A stretch of 64,000 nt of DNA, from assembly GCF_030144855.1 (NCBI RefSeq), contig NC_082721.1, forward strand, positions 18,724,001-18,788,000, given 5' to 3'. Positions within the stretch are counted from its first letter, which is position 1; each line of letters starts with the position of its first letter. The DNA comes from Hypanus sabinus. Its lineage: Eukaryota. The notes beneath the pieces are model-generated. The model was not told the origin of the DNA. It worked only from the letters and a program-made list of their open reading frames with translations, and ran no database searches. The translations under genes were made by a program, and so were the position numbers. Positions 1 through 13,264 of this stretch are shown here, piece by piece.

Positions 1-2203
1 CTTCTGGTGAATTCTTTGGTGTTGCTATTTCAGATGACTTTGATCAGGGCGTCCTGTAGATTCCTGCTGCTACCTGTATGGAGTTTTGTATGCTCTCCCC
101 GTGACTGCATGGGTCTCCTCGGGGTGCTCTGGTTTCCTCCCACAGTCCAAAGACGTACCAGTTAGTAGGTTAATTGGTCATTGTAAATTGTCCCGTGATT
201 AGGATAGGGTTAACTCAGGGTATTGCCAGCTCAAAGGGCCTGAAGAGCCCATTCCGCGCCAAAACTCAATTGATTAATCAATCAATCAATAAATAGTGAA
301 GCTGAACTGAATATGCCTGGACTCTTTCAGTTTTGTATTTTATATTCTGTGCTTTTTACTTGTTTTTTTTTCTTTTTTGCAATTTGCATGATTGTTTTTT
401 GGGTTTGGTGGTGGTTGCTGTCTTCCTTTGAACGGGTTCCATGGTTTCCTTTGTTTCATGGCTGTCTGTGGCAAGACAACTCTCAGGGTTGTATACTGCG
501 TGCATACTTTGATAATAACTGTACTTTATAAAAACCAATATCAATAAACTCTTTCCTTGACCTTGCACGGATTTTTACAGTACTGCATTGAAGTACTAGT
601 CGGAGAACTGAGTTGAACAGAATTGCTCAATGTTTGCACTGCTGGGAGGTTTCCTGCCTTTGTGAGCTATTACCGTTGTTTGATAATGCAGGTGGCCATT
701 CAGCTCAACATATGTATGTGTCAGTCAAGGAAAGGGTTACCCAACCATACCCCATCTTGATGTGCAGTCCTGCAAGTCACACCTCTTCAAATATACATTC
801 AGTCACTCGATAAATCAGGTGAAGGTTTCAGCCACTCCCACACTTTCAGGCAGTGAGTTCTAAGTTCCCCCCAACCCTCCCCGGCACCAGCATCCTTGGG
901 TGAAAAGATCGGGCTTCCTTCTTTATCGTGATAAAGATTACTGATGATTGGGAGAATACAAGATTTGGTATTCCAATGGGATAGTCTAATCTTAAAGACC
1001 TGTTCTTGTGTTTTCTATGGTTCATCATGACAGAAGAATTAGAATCAAAATCAGGTTTAATATCATTGGCACATGTCATGAAGTGTCTTGTCTTTGCAGC
1101 AGCAGTACAATGCAATACATAATAATAGAGAAAAATTGTGAATTACAGTAAGTATGTATATATATAAAATAGTTAAATTAAGTAAGTAGTTCAAAAATAG
1201 AAACTAAAAAATAGTGAGGCAGTCTTCATGGGTTCAATGTCCATTTCAGAAATTGGATGGCAGAGGGGAAGAAGCTGTGGCTGAATCATTGAGTGTGTGC
1301 CTTTATGCTTCTGTACCTCCTCCCTGCTGGTAACTATGAGAACAAGGCATGATCTGGGTGATAGGAGTCAGTGGTACTCCAAATTCTATCCGTCAATAAA
1401 CACTCCGTGGGTCGAACAAATGACCTAAGCTCAAAACAAATTGTTGATGGGGCATGTTCTGTTTGATCCAATTATTTGTTCGGAAGGGAATGAAGCTTTT
1501 GCTCATTTTGCCATGACATGAAGCAAGGCTGACCTCTTGTGATGAAGCTGGTATTTGCTGCTTGAAATTGGCACTTCTACAATTTGAAGTAATCAGGTCC
1601 CAAAGACAAAAAAAAATCTCCCACCATAAATATCAGCTCACGTGTAATGCAGCCACTGAAGGCGTTCTGTGAATATGTCACCTCTCAAAATAATCTAACC
1701 ATTCCTCCTCTGAAATTCAAACCCTAACTCTGCACTACAAAAAGTGTTGTCTTTCAGATGAAGCTCTCAAGTCCTCATAATAGATCCCTTGACACTATTT
1801 AATGAAGATCATTGGGATTGTCCTAGCTAATATCATCACTTAACCACCATTACTGAAAACAAATCTGCTTGACATTATATCTGTGCACACATTAACTGCT
1901 GCTTTCCCTACACTGCACTTGATTGACTTTAAAACATTTTGAAACAGACTTAGATCGGGAGAAGTGCTACATAGATCCAAGCATTTTCATCTTTCTTAAA
2001 GCAGACAATCCTTCAGGAATCATGATCAAAATTATAGAATAGCAATTCACCATGTTTATCCAAATAATTATTCTGAGAATAACATAATATACAATCTATC
2101 ACTCTATGATTCGGATGATTGTGTTTTGTACAGAGCAATAGCTGGGTGTCAATGTGTTTAATACGCTCTTATGGAAGATCTTTTCATTAATTTTTGCTGT
2201 CAG

Positions 2204-2385
2204 AATACCAAACACGTTATTCACCCTCAGACAGCGTGCTGCCTGACTGCAGACACAATCCGAGACAGACACCAGTATATGGATTACCTGGGTCATCTTC
2301 AATTGAGAGTCCGTATGTAGACTTCCATTTGAGAAAAGGAAGGGATGTTCATCCCAAGTTCAAAGTGACTGATTGCTATCAATGA
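2204..2385 (+). other. Candidate terminal coding exon of an unidentified gene
   Basis: Acceptor tttttgctgtcag, non-repeat-like sequence, open frame YQTRYSPSDSVLPDCRHNPRQTPVYGLPGSSSIESPYVDFHLRKGRDVHPKFKVTDCYQ-stop; protein not recognised. Confidence 0.3.
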
Positions 2386-3929
2386 TTGATGTGAAATTCT
2401 TAAGGGTGTTTGACTCCTGCGCAGTCAGCATCGTATGCTATATAGTACTAATTGGATTGTGTACATGCTGAAATCACATTGGGATTTAGTCAGGTTTTGT
2501 GGTCTGATCTTTGTTAATTATATTTTGTATTTCATCTAATTGCCTGGATTCAAAAACATCCAATGGTTAAAGTAAAAAAAAACTTTAAAAATCCCTGCAA
2601 TGGACCATTTCTGAAATTTGCCTGTCACTGGGAAGCTATTAAATATCAGGGGAACAAAGAAGGTAGTTGCTACAGATTTTTTTTATGATTTTGTTTTTCA
2701 TAATAGAAAAGACTTAAAATGCTTCAGGAAAATTAAGAAAAAATTAATTAAACATGGTCTCTTCTTCATTTTGAGATATCATTTTATGGATTGTATTCTT
2801 TAAACTCTGAGCTACTTTTTTTTATAAAATCTGATCTGGGTTTAATGTATCCCACTTCAAAGAGACTGATCAAATAGTGTTAATCGAGCGTATAAATTAT
2901 TGCATGTAGTTCTTCCCCAATCCTACATCTATGCAACGCAACAACGTCTGATTAACAAAGTACTGAAGCACTTAGCTCACAGGAAGGATTTACCTTCAAA
3001 AACCATTATGAAATATTTGAAATTGGGACTATTCTACAAAAGGAATATTTCAGACATTCCACAACTACCCCTACAGTTCTCCCATTCCAGCTTCTGATGC
3101 TCAGCCTTCCTTGCAGCCCTCTACAAGGAAACCACGTTAGGAGGTATCAACACGTTTCACTTCTCTTTGGCACATCTCTCGACGAATATGAATCTTTGTT
3201 ATCTTTATAGTTTTGTTAGATGTGAAGATCAGTTCTGATCTGTCATCAGCAGTGGGTCCTGGTGAATATTTGGCAGTGCATTGAAAGATGAAAAAATACT
3301 CTATCATGCACAGAATAATTATAACATTCTTTCTATTGTAAAGAATAATGAGAAATGATTCCATGAACATTTTTTATATTTCTTATTGTAACTTAGTCAT
3401 TTTTGTTGACATATTATACAAAAACAACAAATTTCACTACATATGCCAGCGATAATAAACCTGATTCTGATTCTGTCGAAAAGCAAATACAATACCATAA
3501 GACCATAAGGTATAGGAGCAGAATTAGGCTATTCATCCCATTGAGTCTGTTCCACCACCTGCCTTCTCCCTGTGTCCTTTCACACCCCAACTAATCAGAA
3601 AGTTGTCAACCTCTGCCTTAAATATACCCAGTGACTTGCCCTCCACAGCTGCATACGACAACAGATTCCACAGATTCGCCACCCTCTGGCTAAAGACCTG
3701 CTGAGATTGAATGGCAGTACGCACTCATTGGGCTAAATGGCCTAACTCTGTTCCTATGCCTTATGGTCTTCTTGCTGACGCTGGCCTTCATAGGCTGAGG
3801 CATTGAGTTTAAGAAATGAGTCATCATGCTTGCAATTGTCTAAACCACACTTTTTTACAGTTCTGGTTGCAAAACCTTAGAAGGGGTGTTGCAGTGGCAG
3901 AAATTGATCCAACTTGATTCAAAATCTTG

Positions 3930-4350
3930 ACTCACTGGAATTTAGAAGATTGACGGGGATCTTATTGAAACATATAAAATTCTAAAGGGATTGGACAGGC
4001 TAGATGCAGGAAGATTGTTTCTGATGTTGGGGAAGTCCAGAACGAGGGATCACAGTTTAAGGATAAAGGGGAAGCCTTTTAGGACCGAGATGAGGAAAAA
4101 CTTCTTCACACAGAGAGTGGTGAATCTGTGGAATTCTCTGCCACAGGAAACAGTTGAGGCCGGTTCATTGGCTATATTTAAGAGGAAGTTAGATATGGCC
4201 CTTGTGGCTAAAGGGATTAGGGGTATGGAGAGAAAGCAGGTACAGGGTTCTGAGTTGGATGATCAGCCATGATCATACTGAATGACAGTGCAGGCTCAAA
4301 GGGCCGAATGGCCTACTCCTGCACCTATTTTCTATGTTTCTATGTTTCTA
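3930..4350 (+). mobile_element. CR1 LINE 3' fragment
   Basis: RKNFFTQRVVNLWNSLP motif and (TTTCTATG)n tail. Confidence 0.9.
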
Positions 4351-4924
4351 AAATCAGTACAAAACAAGTGCCTCCAGTCTGGGACCCCAGACAGATTAGG
4401 TATACTTGTGTGACATGCCCACAGCTCCAATGATTGCTTCAATGGTTTGAATTCCCTATTTTTGATCCTTTATTAGAAAACATACAATTAAGTACTATTG
4501 AGTGTTATCTCAGTGCTCAGCAAAGATATGATCTCGTGGTCCAAACTACAAACTGCCATGAAATAAGCATGAATATGTAACTTATCTTATTTAACGAGGG
4601 GAGTACCTCAGGTTCACTGTAAGGTACCATGTCGGAGAAAACTTTACTTGCATTTAGCGCAATGCTTTACAGTGCCGGCTGTAAGATCAGGGTTTGATTC
4701 CCGCCAGTCTCTGTAAGGAGTTTGTACATTCTCCTCAGGTCCATGTGGATTTCCTCTGGGAGCTCCAGCTTCCTTCCATGCTCCAACGATGTGCAGTCAT
4801 GGCTATGTTGGCACTGGAAGCCATTGACACAGTTCACAGTATTTTCAGAGTACATATGACAGGTAATCAGATCTAATAAACTATTACGTTTGCTGTGAAA
4901 CCATCTGCATTTATATGGATGATT

Positions 4925-5885
4925 CCGGGAATGAAATGGTTATCATACGAGAGACATTCGACGGCTCTGAGTCTCTGGACTGCAGAAGGATGAGAGGGGG
5001 GATCTCATTGAAGCCTTTCAAACGTTGAACAGAGTAAATGAGGAAAGGATATGTCCCATGCTGGGGGAGTCTATGACAAGAGGGCAGAACCTCAAGATAG
5101 AGGGTGTCCATTCAAAACAGAGATGTGGAGAAATTTCATTAGCCAGAGGTTGATGAATTTGTGGGATTTATTGCCCCAGGCAGCTGTGAAGGCCAGGTCG
5201 TTAAGTGTATTGAAGGCAGAGATTGATAGGGTCTTGATTGGACATGGCTTTAAAGATTACACGAAGAAGGCCGGGGAATGGGGTTAAGAAGGGGGAAGAA
5301 AGGATCAGCCATGATTCAATGGCAGAGCAGACTTGATGGACCAAATGGCCTAATTTTGCTCCTATGTCTTATAGTCTTATCCCTTCACTTTTACTACGCC
5401 CTCACTAATGTGACCAGTTACCGTAATAAACATACAGCACAGAACACGTGTCTCCTACAGGTGTGGCCATGGAGAGAGGGCAGAAGAAATTCAACAGGAT
5501 ATTGCCTGACATGGAGGGCTGTACTTACAAGGAGGCATTGGATAGGCTGGGTTTATTCACAACAGAATGTAGAGGTTGACAAGAGGCGTAGATAGAATCT
5601 TTCTCTCACTGCAGGGAACCTAAAGCTAAAGGGGACAGGCATAAAAGGATAAATTTAAAGAGAATCTCGGGAGGCAAGTTTTTCAAATAAAGATTGGTGA
5701 GCATCTACACTGAGTTGTCAGAGGAGAAGGTGGAGGAAGATACTAATACAATGTTTAAAAGGCATTTGGACAAACATTTGAATAGAAAAGGTGGGGAGGG
5801 ATATGGGTCTAACATAGGCATCATATTTGGTTATGGAAGGAGTAGGCCATAGGGCCTGTTTCTATGCTGTATGTTTCTAAGATTC
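4925..5885 (+). mobile_element. Two decayed CR1 3' fragments
   Basis: RRMRGDLI-like and NFISQR..NLW..LP motifs with CR1-type tails near 5380 and 5880. Confidence 0.8.
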
Positions 5886-8630
5886 CCTGACTTTACGTCA
5901 GTATTACTTTCCTGTTCTAACCCATATCCCTTGATTCCCTTGAGAAGTGAAAACTGGACAGGGAGATGGATTAAATAAACCTATTGGATAGACACACCGA
6001 CTTTAAAGACTACAATCAGATAACAGAGAGTGAAGGGAAGGGTACCCACAACAAGCAATTTCTATTTGAAATGAAAAATCCAGTCTAGACGAGAGAAAGT
6101 TAATCCCTCCCTGTGCTGGTAAATGATATGATGATTGTAACTTTTGTAAGGCATTAATATTATGGCAAGATGGTACTATGCCCTGACTGTGCAAAAAGTT
6201 TATTCTCAACAGTGTTTTGTCAAAGTGCAAATGTCAGGGATGATAGGAGTGTTGGGGAAATGTCACATTTTCCTGTGCGCTGCACCAAAACCATGGTGTA
6301 GACTGGAGTGGTGTAACTCTTGTACAATGAAACATTTCAGAGGAAGTAATGGTTCAGGAGTTTATTCAGTCCATCATGCCAGCCAAAAGGGGAGTTGTTT
6401 AGGTTAGGGCAGTCTGATTTCTCAGCAGTTGATCCTTAGCTTTGAGGCTTATGGCTCTTCGCATGCTCGTCCAGGGACGTTTTTGATAAATTATTTATTT
6501 ATGTGTTTGCTTGTTTATTTATTGATCGAGGGAGATGTAGTGCAAAATAGGCCTACCAAGCTGCACCGCCCAACAACTCTTGATTTAACCTTAGCCTAAT
6601 CACAAGACAATTTAAAATGACCAATTAGACTGCGGGAGGAAACAGAGAATGTCCAAATTCCTTACAGGAATTGAACCCAGGTCCCTGGTACTGTAAAGCA
6701 TTGTGCTAACCACCATGCTACTGTGCCGCCCTTTTATATGTGATGAGGGTGTCTGCCTTCATCACCCTTTCAGACCATGACCGCTAGAGAACCACAGCAA
6801 TCTTGGTGATAAACAAATTCCTCCCTTTTCATCCTCCCACTAATTAACGTCAATCCCCTATCTACTCCCTCATCCCTATCCCTGTCTATTGTTTTCTCTA
6901 CCAGGAGGACTTGGTTCTTGTGAACTTCACACATATTCAGCACAGTTAGATCTTGCCCCTAGTTATAGACTGTCGAGGCTCAATGTGAGAACAATTTAAC
7001 CTGTGTATTCAGCTCCTACAACTCAATTTGAGCAGCTAAACTATGCAGACCCTTCAGTCCAGCCAAACTGGATTCTGAAATGTTTCATTGTACCAGAGTT
7101 ACACCATTCCAGTCTATTTCTCCTCTCTTGGTCCAATCTGCCTACTTATGTGTCTTTCATGGACAATCATGAGCCTGTGAAAAAAATAAGGAATAGAGGG
7201 TCCTTTCAGAATCTGAGCTAAATTAAATGCCTTAAAAATAGAACATAGAACATCGAACAGTGCAGCACAGAACAGGCCCTTCAGCCCATTGTGTTGTGCT
7301 GACCTTTTAACCTGCTCCAAGAACCATCTCAGAACCAGAATCAGGTTAATATCACTGACATATGTGGTGAAAATGTTTGTTGTGTGGTGCAGTGCAATAC
7401 ATTTAAAAATACTATAAATTACAATTTAATCATATCAATATAATTAAATTAAATAAGTAGTGGAAAAGAGAGCAAAATAGTGAGGTAGTGTTCATGGGTT
7501 GGTACATTGTCCATTCAGAATTTTGGTGGTGGAAGAGAAGATGCTGTTCCTAAAACACTGAGTGGGTCTAACACTTCCCTCCCACATAGGTTTCCAAAAA
7601 TAAATAGCTCATCTCAATACTTGGGATCTTGCAGTGCACAAAATGATTACCTAATGACCTAGACAGCCTTAATCAATTATCTCCGGCACTTCCCTGGACT
7701 TGCGAAGGATGAAATATTCTTCAGGACAACATGTGAAGCACATAAATGCATCTGTCTGTGTTTGGAAGTTTATCACCTTTTTAAAAAATCGAGTTTGCAA
7801 TAAAAACTCCTGAAGTAAAGGACCAGGGACAAAGAGGTCAACAGGCTGAATGTTCCCTTCCAGTGGTGCACTGTTGTGTGATTCTACGATAATCTTGAAT
7901 TTTAACAATGCTTGCAGTCAGTCAGTTCATGTTTACCAATGAAATAAATAATTCTACCATCGTCTTTCATCTCAGTAAGAAGATTTAATGGCCTTATCAG
8001 ACATCTGCTCTATTTGTATTAGTAAGACCTTGAATGGGGGTTTCAAACAGATATCATTTTCCATAACTGAATTAAAGGTCCAGGTTAATGGAAATTCCTG
8101 GAGCTGGATCCAGAGACAAGCACACGGATCATTAATTATAACACTGTCCGTTGATTAAATAATTCTTTAACCCTTCAAGTGTAGAATAACTATCATGAAA
8201 AGCAGAAAACCTTTGGAAATTTAGGGTGTTTATATATGTAAGTTTTAATGCATTTTACAACAGAGCCTTTGTTAAAGATTAACCATTGCATTGACAAGTT
8301 TATAGAACACAAATTATTGTTGGTAATCTTAACAGAGGAGCACATAGTGACTTTCATGAGCAATTCTACACCACTGTCCTCTGGGAAATAGGATAGGAAC
8401 ATAATATATCCAGATTAATACATAATAGCACAAAGTTCCTAACATGAATACATTTTGAAAGGACAAACTCACGTTTATGAAGAACTTTCTCAACTAAAAT
8501 CACCTCACCTATATGGCAAAAATCATTTAGTGATTAATAAGGTAATTCTGACATAAAGGTGGTGTATGAAAGGTTAACTTATTTGCTGGTGGAAAATTAT
8601 TCCAAAAGTCATCTCAACCCTGCTGGTTAC

Positions 8631-9150
8631 TGATGGGCCCGCTTGAGGTACGGAACCGCCTTCCCATTGGTTAGAGCCTGTGCCCTGCAGCACGGGTTTC
8701 TGTTCTCAAGTCATGTGCGACGATACCTGCTTCCAGTCTTCAGGTGTATAAAGGGGAACGCACGAGTACAAGTCACTCTCTTTTTTGGTGATCGTGAGCC
8801 ACTCCAGGATCTAAGCCATGATGGTCTTGGAGAAACCATTTGGAAGGTGTGTTGCAGTTAATAGGGGGAGGGGCTTGTGTTTCGGGTGCACATCCTAGTT
8901 AAGTAGCTGTTTATTGCTTGTTTGATCTTGTTGTGTGACTTGGACAGATTTAACAAGTGTATTGAATGCTCAGTGTTGTAATTTCCGTCGTTTGGGCCAA
9001 AGGGCCTATTTCTGCTCCTGTGTCTTATGGCCAATGGTTTGGGTGACTTGGATGGGTGCTTGTTCGACTTACATGCGCGTAAAGTGTTTCTTTGCTTGCT
9101 CGTGAATAAACAGTTGCTGCATTTACCCACAATCTATGTCTGCTGTTACA
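8631..9150 (+). mobile_element. Possible solo LTR
   Basis: TG...CA span with ATTGG, TATAAA (near 8747) and AATAAA (near 9105) in LTR order; no TSD found. Confidence 0.3.
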
Positions 9151-9814
9151 CTAACCGTGCAAGGTATTGTAATATAGGAAACCCACTAGTCATTTTGCTT
9201 ACAGAAACCTTCCCACAACCATCACATTGAAATTAACCAAATAATTGGTTTCAGTGGAATTATAAGGTGGGGGGGGGGGTTATATGGGAGGAAGGGTTTA
9301 AGGGTCGGCACAACATTGTGGGCCGAAGGGCCTGTACTGTGCTGTACTGTTCTATGTTCTATAACAACACTTGTCAGAACTATTCCACAGTTCAGGCAGC
9401 AGCTGTGAAGAAAGAGTTCACATTTCAGGTTAATGACTTTTCATTGAATTCTCTACAGGTGCTGCCTGACCAGCTGAGTTTTCCCAGAACTCTGTTTATT
9501 ATTTCAAATGTTCGATATCTACAATATTTTGCTTTGGGGAAAATGTTTTCATGATTTTAGTTAAGGGTTTTAGTTATTGCCCAAATAATCATCTTGAAGG
9601 GAATGCAAGATCTCTTCAACCAAGCGGGGTGGCAAGGTTGCACAGCGGTACAGCACGAGCAATCTGAGTTCAATTCCCACCACTGTCTGTAAGGAGTTTG
9701 GTACTTTCCCCCTGTGACCGCGAATGTTTCCTCCAGGAGCTCCGGTTTCCTTCCACATTCCAAGGACGTAGGTTAATTGGTCACGTGGGTGTATTTGGGT
9801 GGCATGGGTTCATT

Positions 9815-10318
9815 TGGGGTGTATATGGTGTCCGGGGAGTGATAACACCTCTGGTGAAGGGGCTTGGCATGTCCATTCTGCGACAGCTCACGCACGTTTG
9901 TCCCCACCGGACACACAGCTCTCACCTATGGCTCCAAGCAGCTGTTTACACGTGACCCCAGTACGCCGCTTTGACAGGTGGGCTAAACCAGGTGAGGATA
10001 GTTGACGGCCTCGTACCCTGATGAGATAGGGACATGCCTTTCCTAGCTTGTGAAGTCAACTGGCCAAACGTTTCTACAATGAGATCCAGTGGCCACGAAG
10101 GCGGTCCTGCAATGCTCTGTGGAGAGCAAAGGGCATGACAAGGCATAGAAGTCACGGTCATCCAGCACAAACAAGAAAGACCCCAGTTTGTGATGCTTGT
10201 TCATACCACTGGACCTGGATTTGAGAGAGTGAACTGCCCCAGTGCAATAATTTCTCCACTTCTAAAAACTCTCCCACACAGGTTTCCTGTCATTGTCGAA
10301 CACAATGGAAAACCCTCT
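9815..10318 (+). mobile_element. Non-autonomous RTE-like retroelement nested in a SINE
   Basis: Splits a V-SINE-like copy; 11-bp TSD ATGGG(T/C)TCATT at 9804-9814 and 10319-10329; RTE-type 5' motif GGTGAAGGGGCTTG. Confidence 0.65.
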
Positions 10319-10989
10319 ATGGGCTCATTGGGCTGGAAGGGCCTTTTACGATACTGCATTTCTAAATAAAATATAAAATAAAAAGTAGACCCTATTAATT
10401 GGTCTTGGAAGTAAAGTATAATGTTTTGTGAAAGATGCCATTGAACAGATGATAGACACCAGGGTGAAGGAGGGGAATGAGGGGGGAAAAGGAATTGAAT
10501 TCAAAAGATACAAGGCTAACAACTGAAATCGGGAGCTCTGCTAAGGAGCAGCAACCTTGGTCAGTTTTCACGGCTCATTTAGTTCCATGATGCTTATACT
10601 TGTGCAATCAAATGTTAATTAGTGGATGCATTTAATAGCAATGAAAAGCTTAGCAAACACGGTATCTAATGGGCATTGATAAAATGCTGAGAGTGGCTGA
10701 GACAGTCTGTGCTTTAATTAAACACAGGGCCTTGTATTTGACTCATATTGTAAAATATGTGATAGGACCACTATTTATGCTAGAACATATTACTTGGTGA
10801 ATGCTGCACCTGGGGCCTCTTTGGCTCGCTATAGTTACCTTATAAATTTCCTAAGTGACAAAAATTACTTCATATTAAAGATACTTCATCATTTTTAAAT
10901 GGTTTTCTTTCTACTTTTATTTCTTTCTCACCCTCACTCCTCTCCTCTTTTTTCTTCCTTTCTCACTCTCCATCCGAGGTACAAAAGGG

Positions 10990-11415
10990 TTAACAGATGT
11001 GAGCATTTGATAGCTTTGAGCTTGTATTCACTGGAGTTTAGAAGAATGAGGGGGGCATCTAATTGAAACCTATCAAATATTGACACTCCCAGACAGTGGA
11101 CATGGAGAAGCTGTTTCCAATATTGGGGGAAATCTGGGACCAGGGGGCACAGTCTCAGAATACAAGGACATCCATTTAGAACAGAGACAAGAAAGAATTT
11201 CTTTAGCCAGCGGGTGGTGAATCTGTGGAGTTCATTGCCGCAGATCGTTGTGGAGGCCAAGTCATTGGGTATATTTAAAGCAGAGGTTGATAAGGGTGTA
11301 AAAGGTGGCGGGGAGAAGGCAGGAGTATGATGGTGAGAGGGATAATAAATCAGCCACGATGGAATGGTGAAGCAGGCTTGATGGGCTGAATGGCTTATTT
11401 CTGCTCCATGTCTTA
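10990..11415 (+). mobile_element. CR1 3' fragment
   Basis: LYSLEFRRMRG and FFSQRVVNLW motifs plus CR1 tail. Confidence 0.85.
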
Positions 11416-11444
11416 AGCTTTTATAAAAGAATTTTATAAAATAT

Positions 11445-11652
11445 AAAACACTAAGGGGCAGAAAACGCTGGTGGGAGTTGAGTACAGGCCACATAACAGT
11501 AGTAGTGAGGTTGGGGATGGCATTAAACAGAAAATTAGAAATGCGTGCAAAAAAGGAACAGTAGTTATAATGGGTGACTTCAATCTACATAGATTGCAGG
11601 CTCGAAGGGCTGAATGGCCTACTCCTGCACCTATTTTCTATGTTTCTATGTG
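11445..11652 (+). mobile_element. Internally deleted CR1 (endonuclease fragment fused to 3' tail)
   Basis: VGVEYRPHNS...VVIMGDFNLHID joined at about 11595 to GCAGGCTCGAAGGGC...TTCTATGTTTCTATG. Confidence 0.8.
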
Positions 11653-12029
11653 TTCTGCAGGAAATACTTTGCTAGGTTTGTCAATAGCAGGTAGAATTGA
11701 CTAAAGTTCCAAGTAAATTTTATTATGAAAGTACATATATGAATAAACTCTCTTGATCTTCCAGGTATCGTTTTTAATGGATTTTTCGATGACAGACTCT
11801 GCTATCTTAATCAGAGATGATGCCTGGACATACCTAGTCCGATGGTATTTATACCCCCATCGTCCATCCCTCCTGATTGATTAGTTCTCAGATTTCCGCT
11901 GTCCCTCCTTGTTTACAATTGAATTCCAGTTCTTACAGTGCTTTAAAATCACTACCTGTACCCAGCTGGAAGGCCGCAAAGAGTTCATTGCTGTTTATGC
12001 CTGGGAAAGCAATAGATCCTTTTTCAAAG

Positions 12030-12632
12030 TATATATGTCTCCAAACACAATCCTGAGATTCATTTTCTTGTGGGCATACTCATAAATCTATAGAATAATA
12101 ACCATAACAGAACAATGAAAGACTGCCTAACTTTGGCATCCAACCAAGAGCAGAAGACAACAAACTGCAAATACAACAAGAAACAATAATAATAAATAAA
12201 TAAGCAATAAATATTGAGAACATGAGATGAAGAGTCATTGAAAGTGAGTCCACTGGTTGGTGAAACATTTCAAGGATGGAGCAAGTGAAGTTGAGTGAAG
12301 TTATCCTCTTTGTTTCAAAAGCCTAATGATTGAAGGGCAATAACTGTTCCTGAACCTGGTGGTGTGGGTCCTGAAGCTCTTGTACCTTCTTCTTGATGTC
12401 AGCAACGAGAAGAGAGCATGTCCTAGGAGGTGATGGTGGCCCCTGATAATGGATGCTGCTTTCCTGCAACAATGTTTCATGTAGATGTGCTCAATGGTTG
12501 TAAAGGCTTTACATGTGATTAACTGGGCTGAATCCACTACATTATGTAGGATTTGCTGTTCAAGGGCATTGGTGTTTCCATACCGGGCTATGATGCAGCC
12601 AGTCAATATACTCTCCACTACACGTCTATAGA
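12030..12632 (-). mobile_element. Rex1/Babar-like LINE 3' fragment
   Basis: ESILTGCII..YGN, SRRRYKS...TTRFRNSY.P.IIRLL (DUF1891-type C-terminus). Confidence 0.8.
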
Positions 12633-12699
12633 CCAATTTGGATAGTTAATGGAATCCTTGTTAATTTACTTTCAGAAGGATCAAGTTAGAGAATCAAGC

Positions 12700-13264
12700 T
12701 GAAGAAATTTGGCCTGTCCCCTAAAACCCTCACTAATTTTTATAGATACACTGTAGAAAACATTCTTCTAAGGTGCATCACAACCTGGTATGGAAGTTGT
12801 CCTGTCCAAGACTGGAAGAAGCTGCAGAAGATCGTGAACCTACCCCAGCACATCACACAAACCAATCTTCCATCCTTGGACTCACTTTACACCGCACGCT
12901 GTCGGAGCAGTGCTGCCAGAATAATCAAGGACACAACTCACCCAGCCAACACACTTTTTGTCCCTCTTCCCTCCGGGAGGAGGTTCAGGAGCTTGAAGAT
13001 TTGTACGGCTAGATTTGGGAACAGCTTCTTCCCAACTGTGATAAGACTGCTGAACGGATCCTGACCCGGATCTGGCTGTACCTTCTAAATATCTGGACCT
13101 GACTTGCACTACCTTACTTTCCCTTTTTTATTTTCTAATTATGATTTATAGTTTAAATTTTTATTGTATTTACTTTAATTTGTACTTCAGGGAGCATGAA
13201 GCGCAGAATCAAATATCGCTGTGATGATTGTACACTCTAGTATCAATTGTTTGGTGACAATAAA
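12700..13264 (+). mobile_element. Rex1/Babar-like LINE 3' fragment
   Basis: LPSGRRFRS...TARFGNSFFPTVIRLLN; tail ends GTGACAATAAA and is interrupted by the young CR1. Confidence 0.85.

Noticed and set aside
10018-10060. CTGATGA as a hammerhead core in the RTE-like insert
   Set aside because: No GAAA at a suitable distance (GAAG instead) and no convincing helices.
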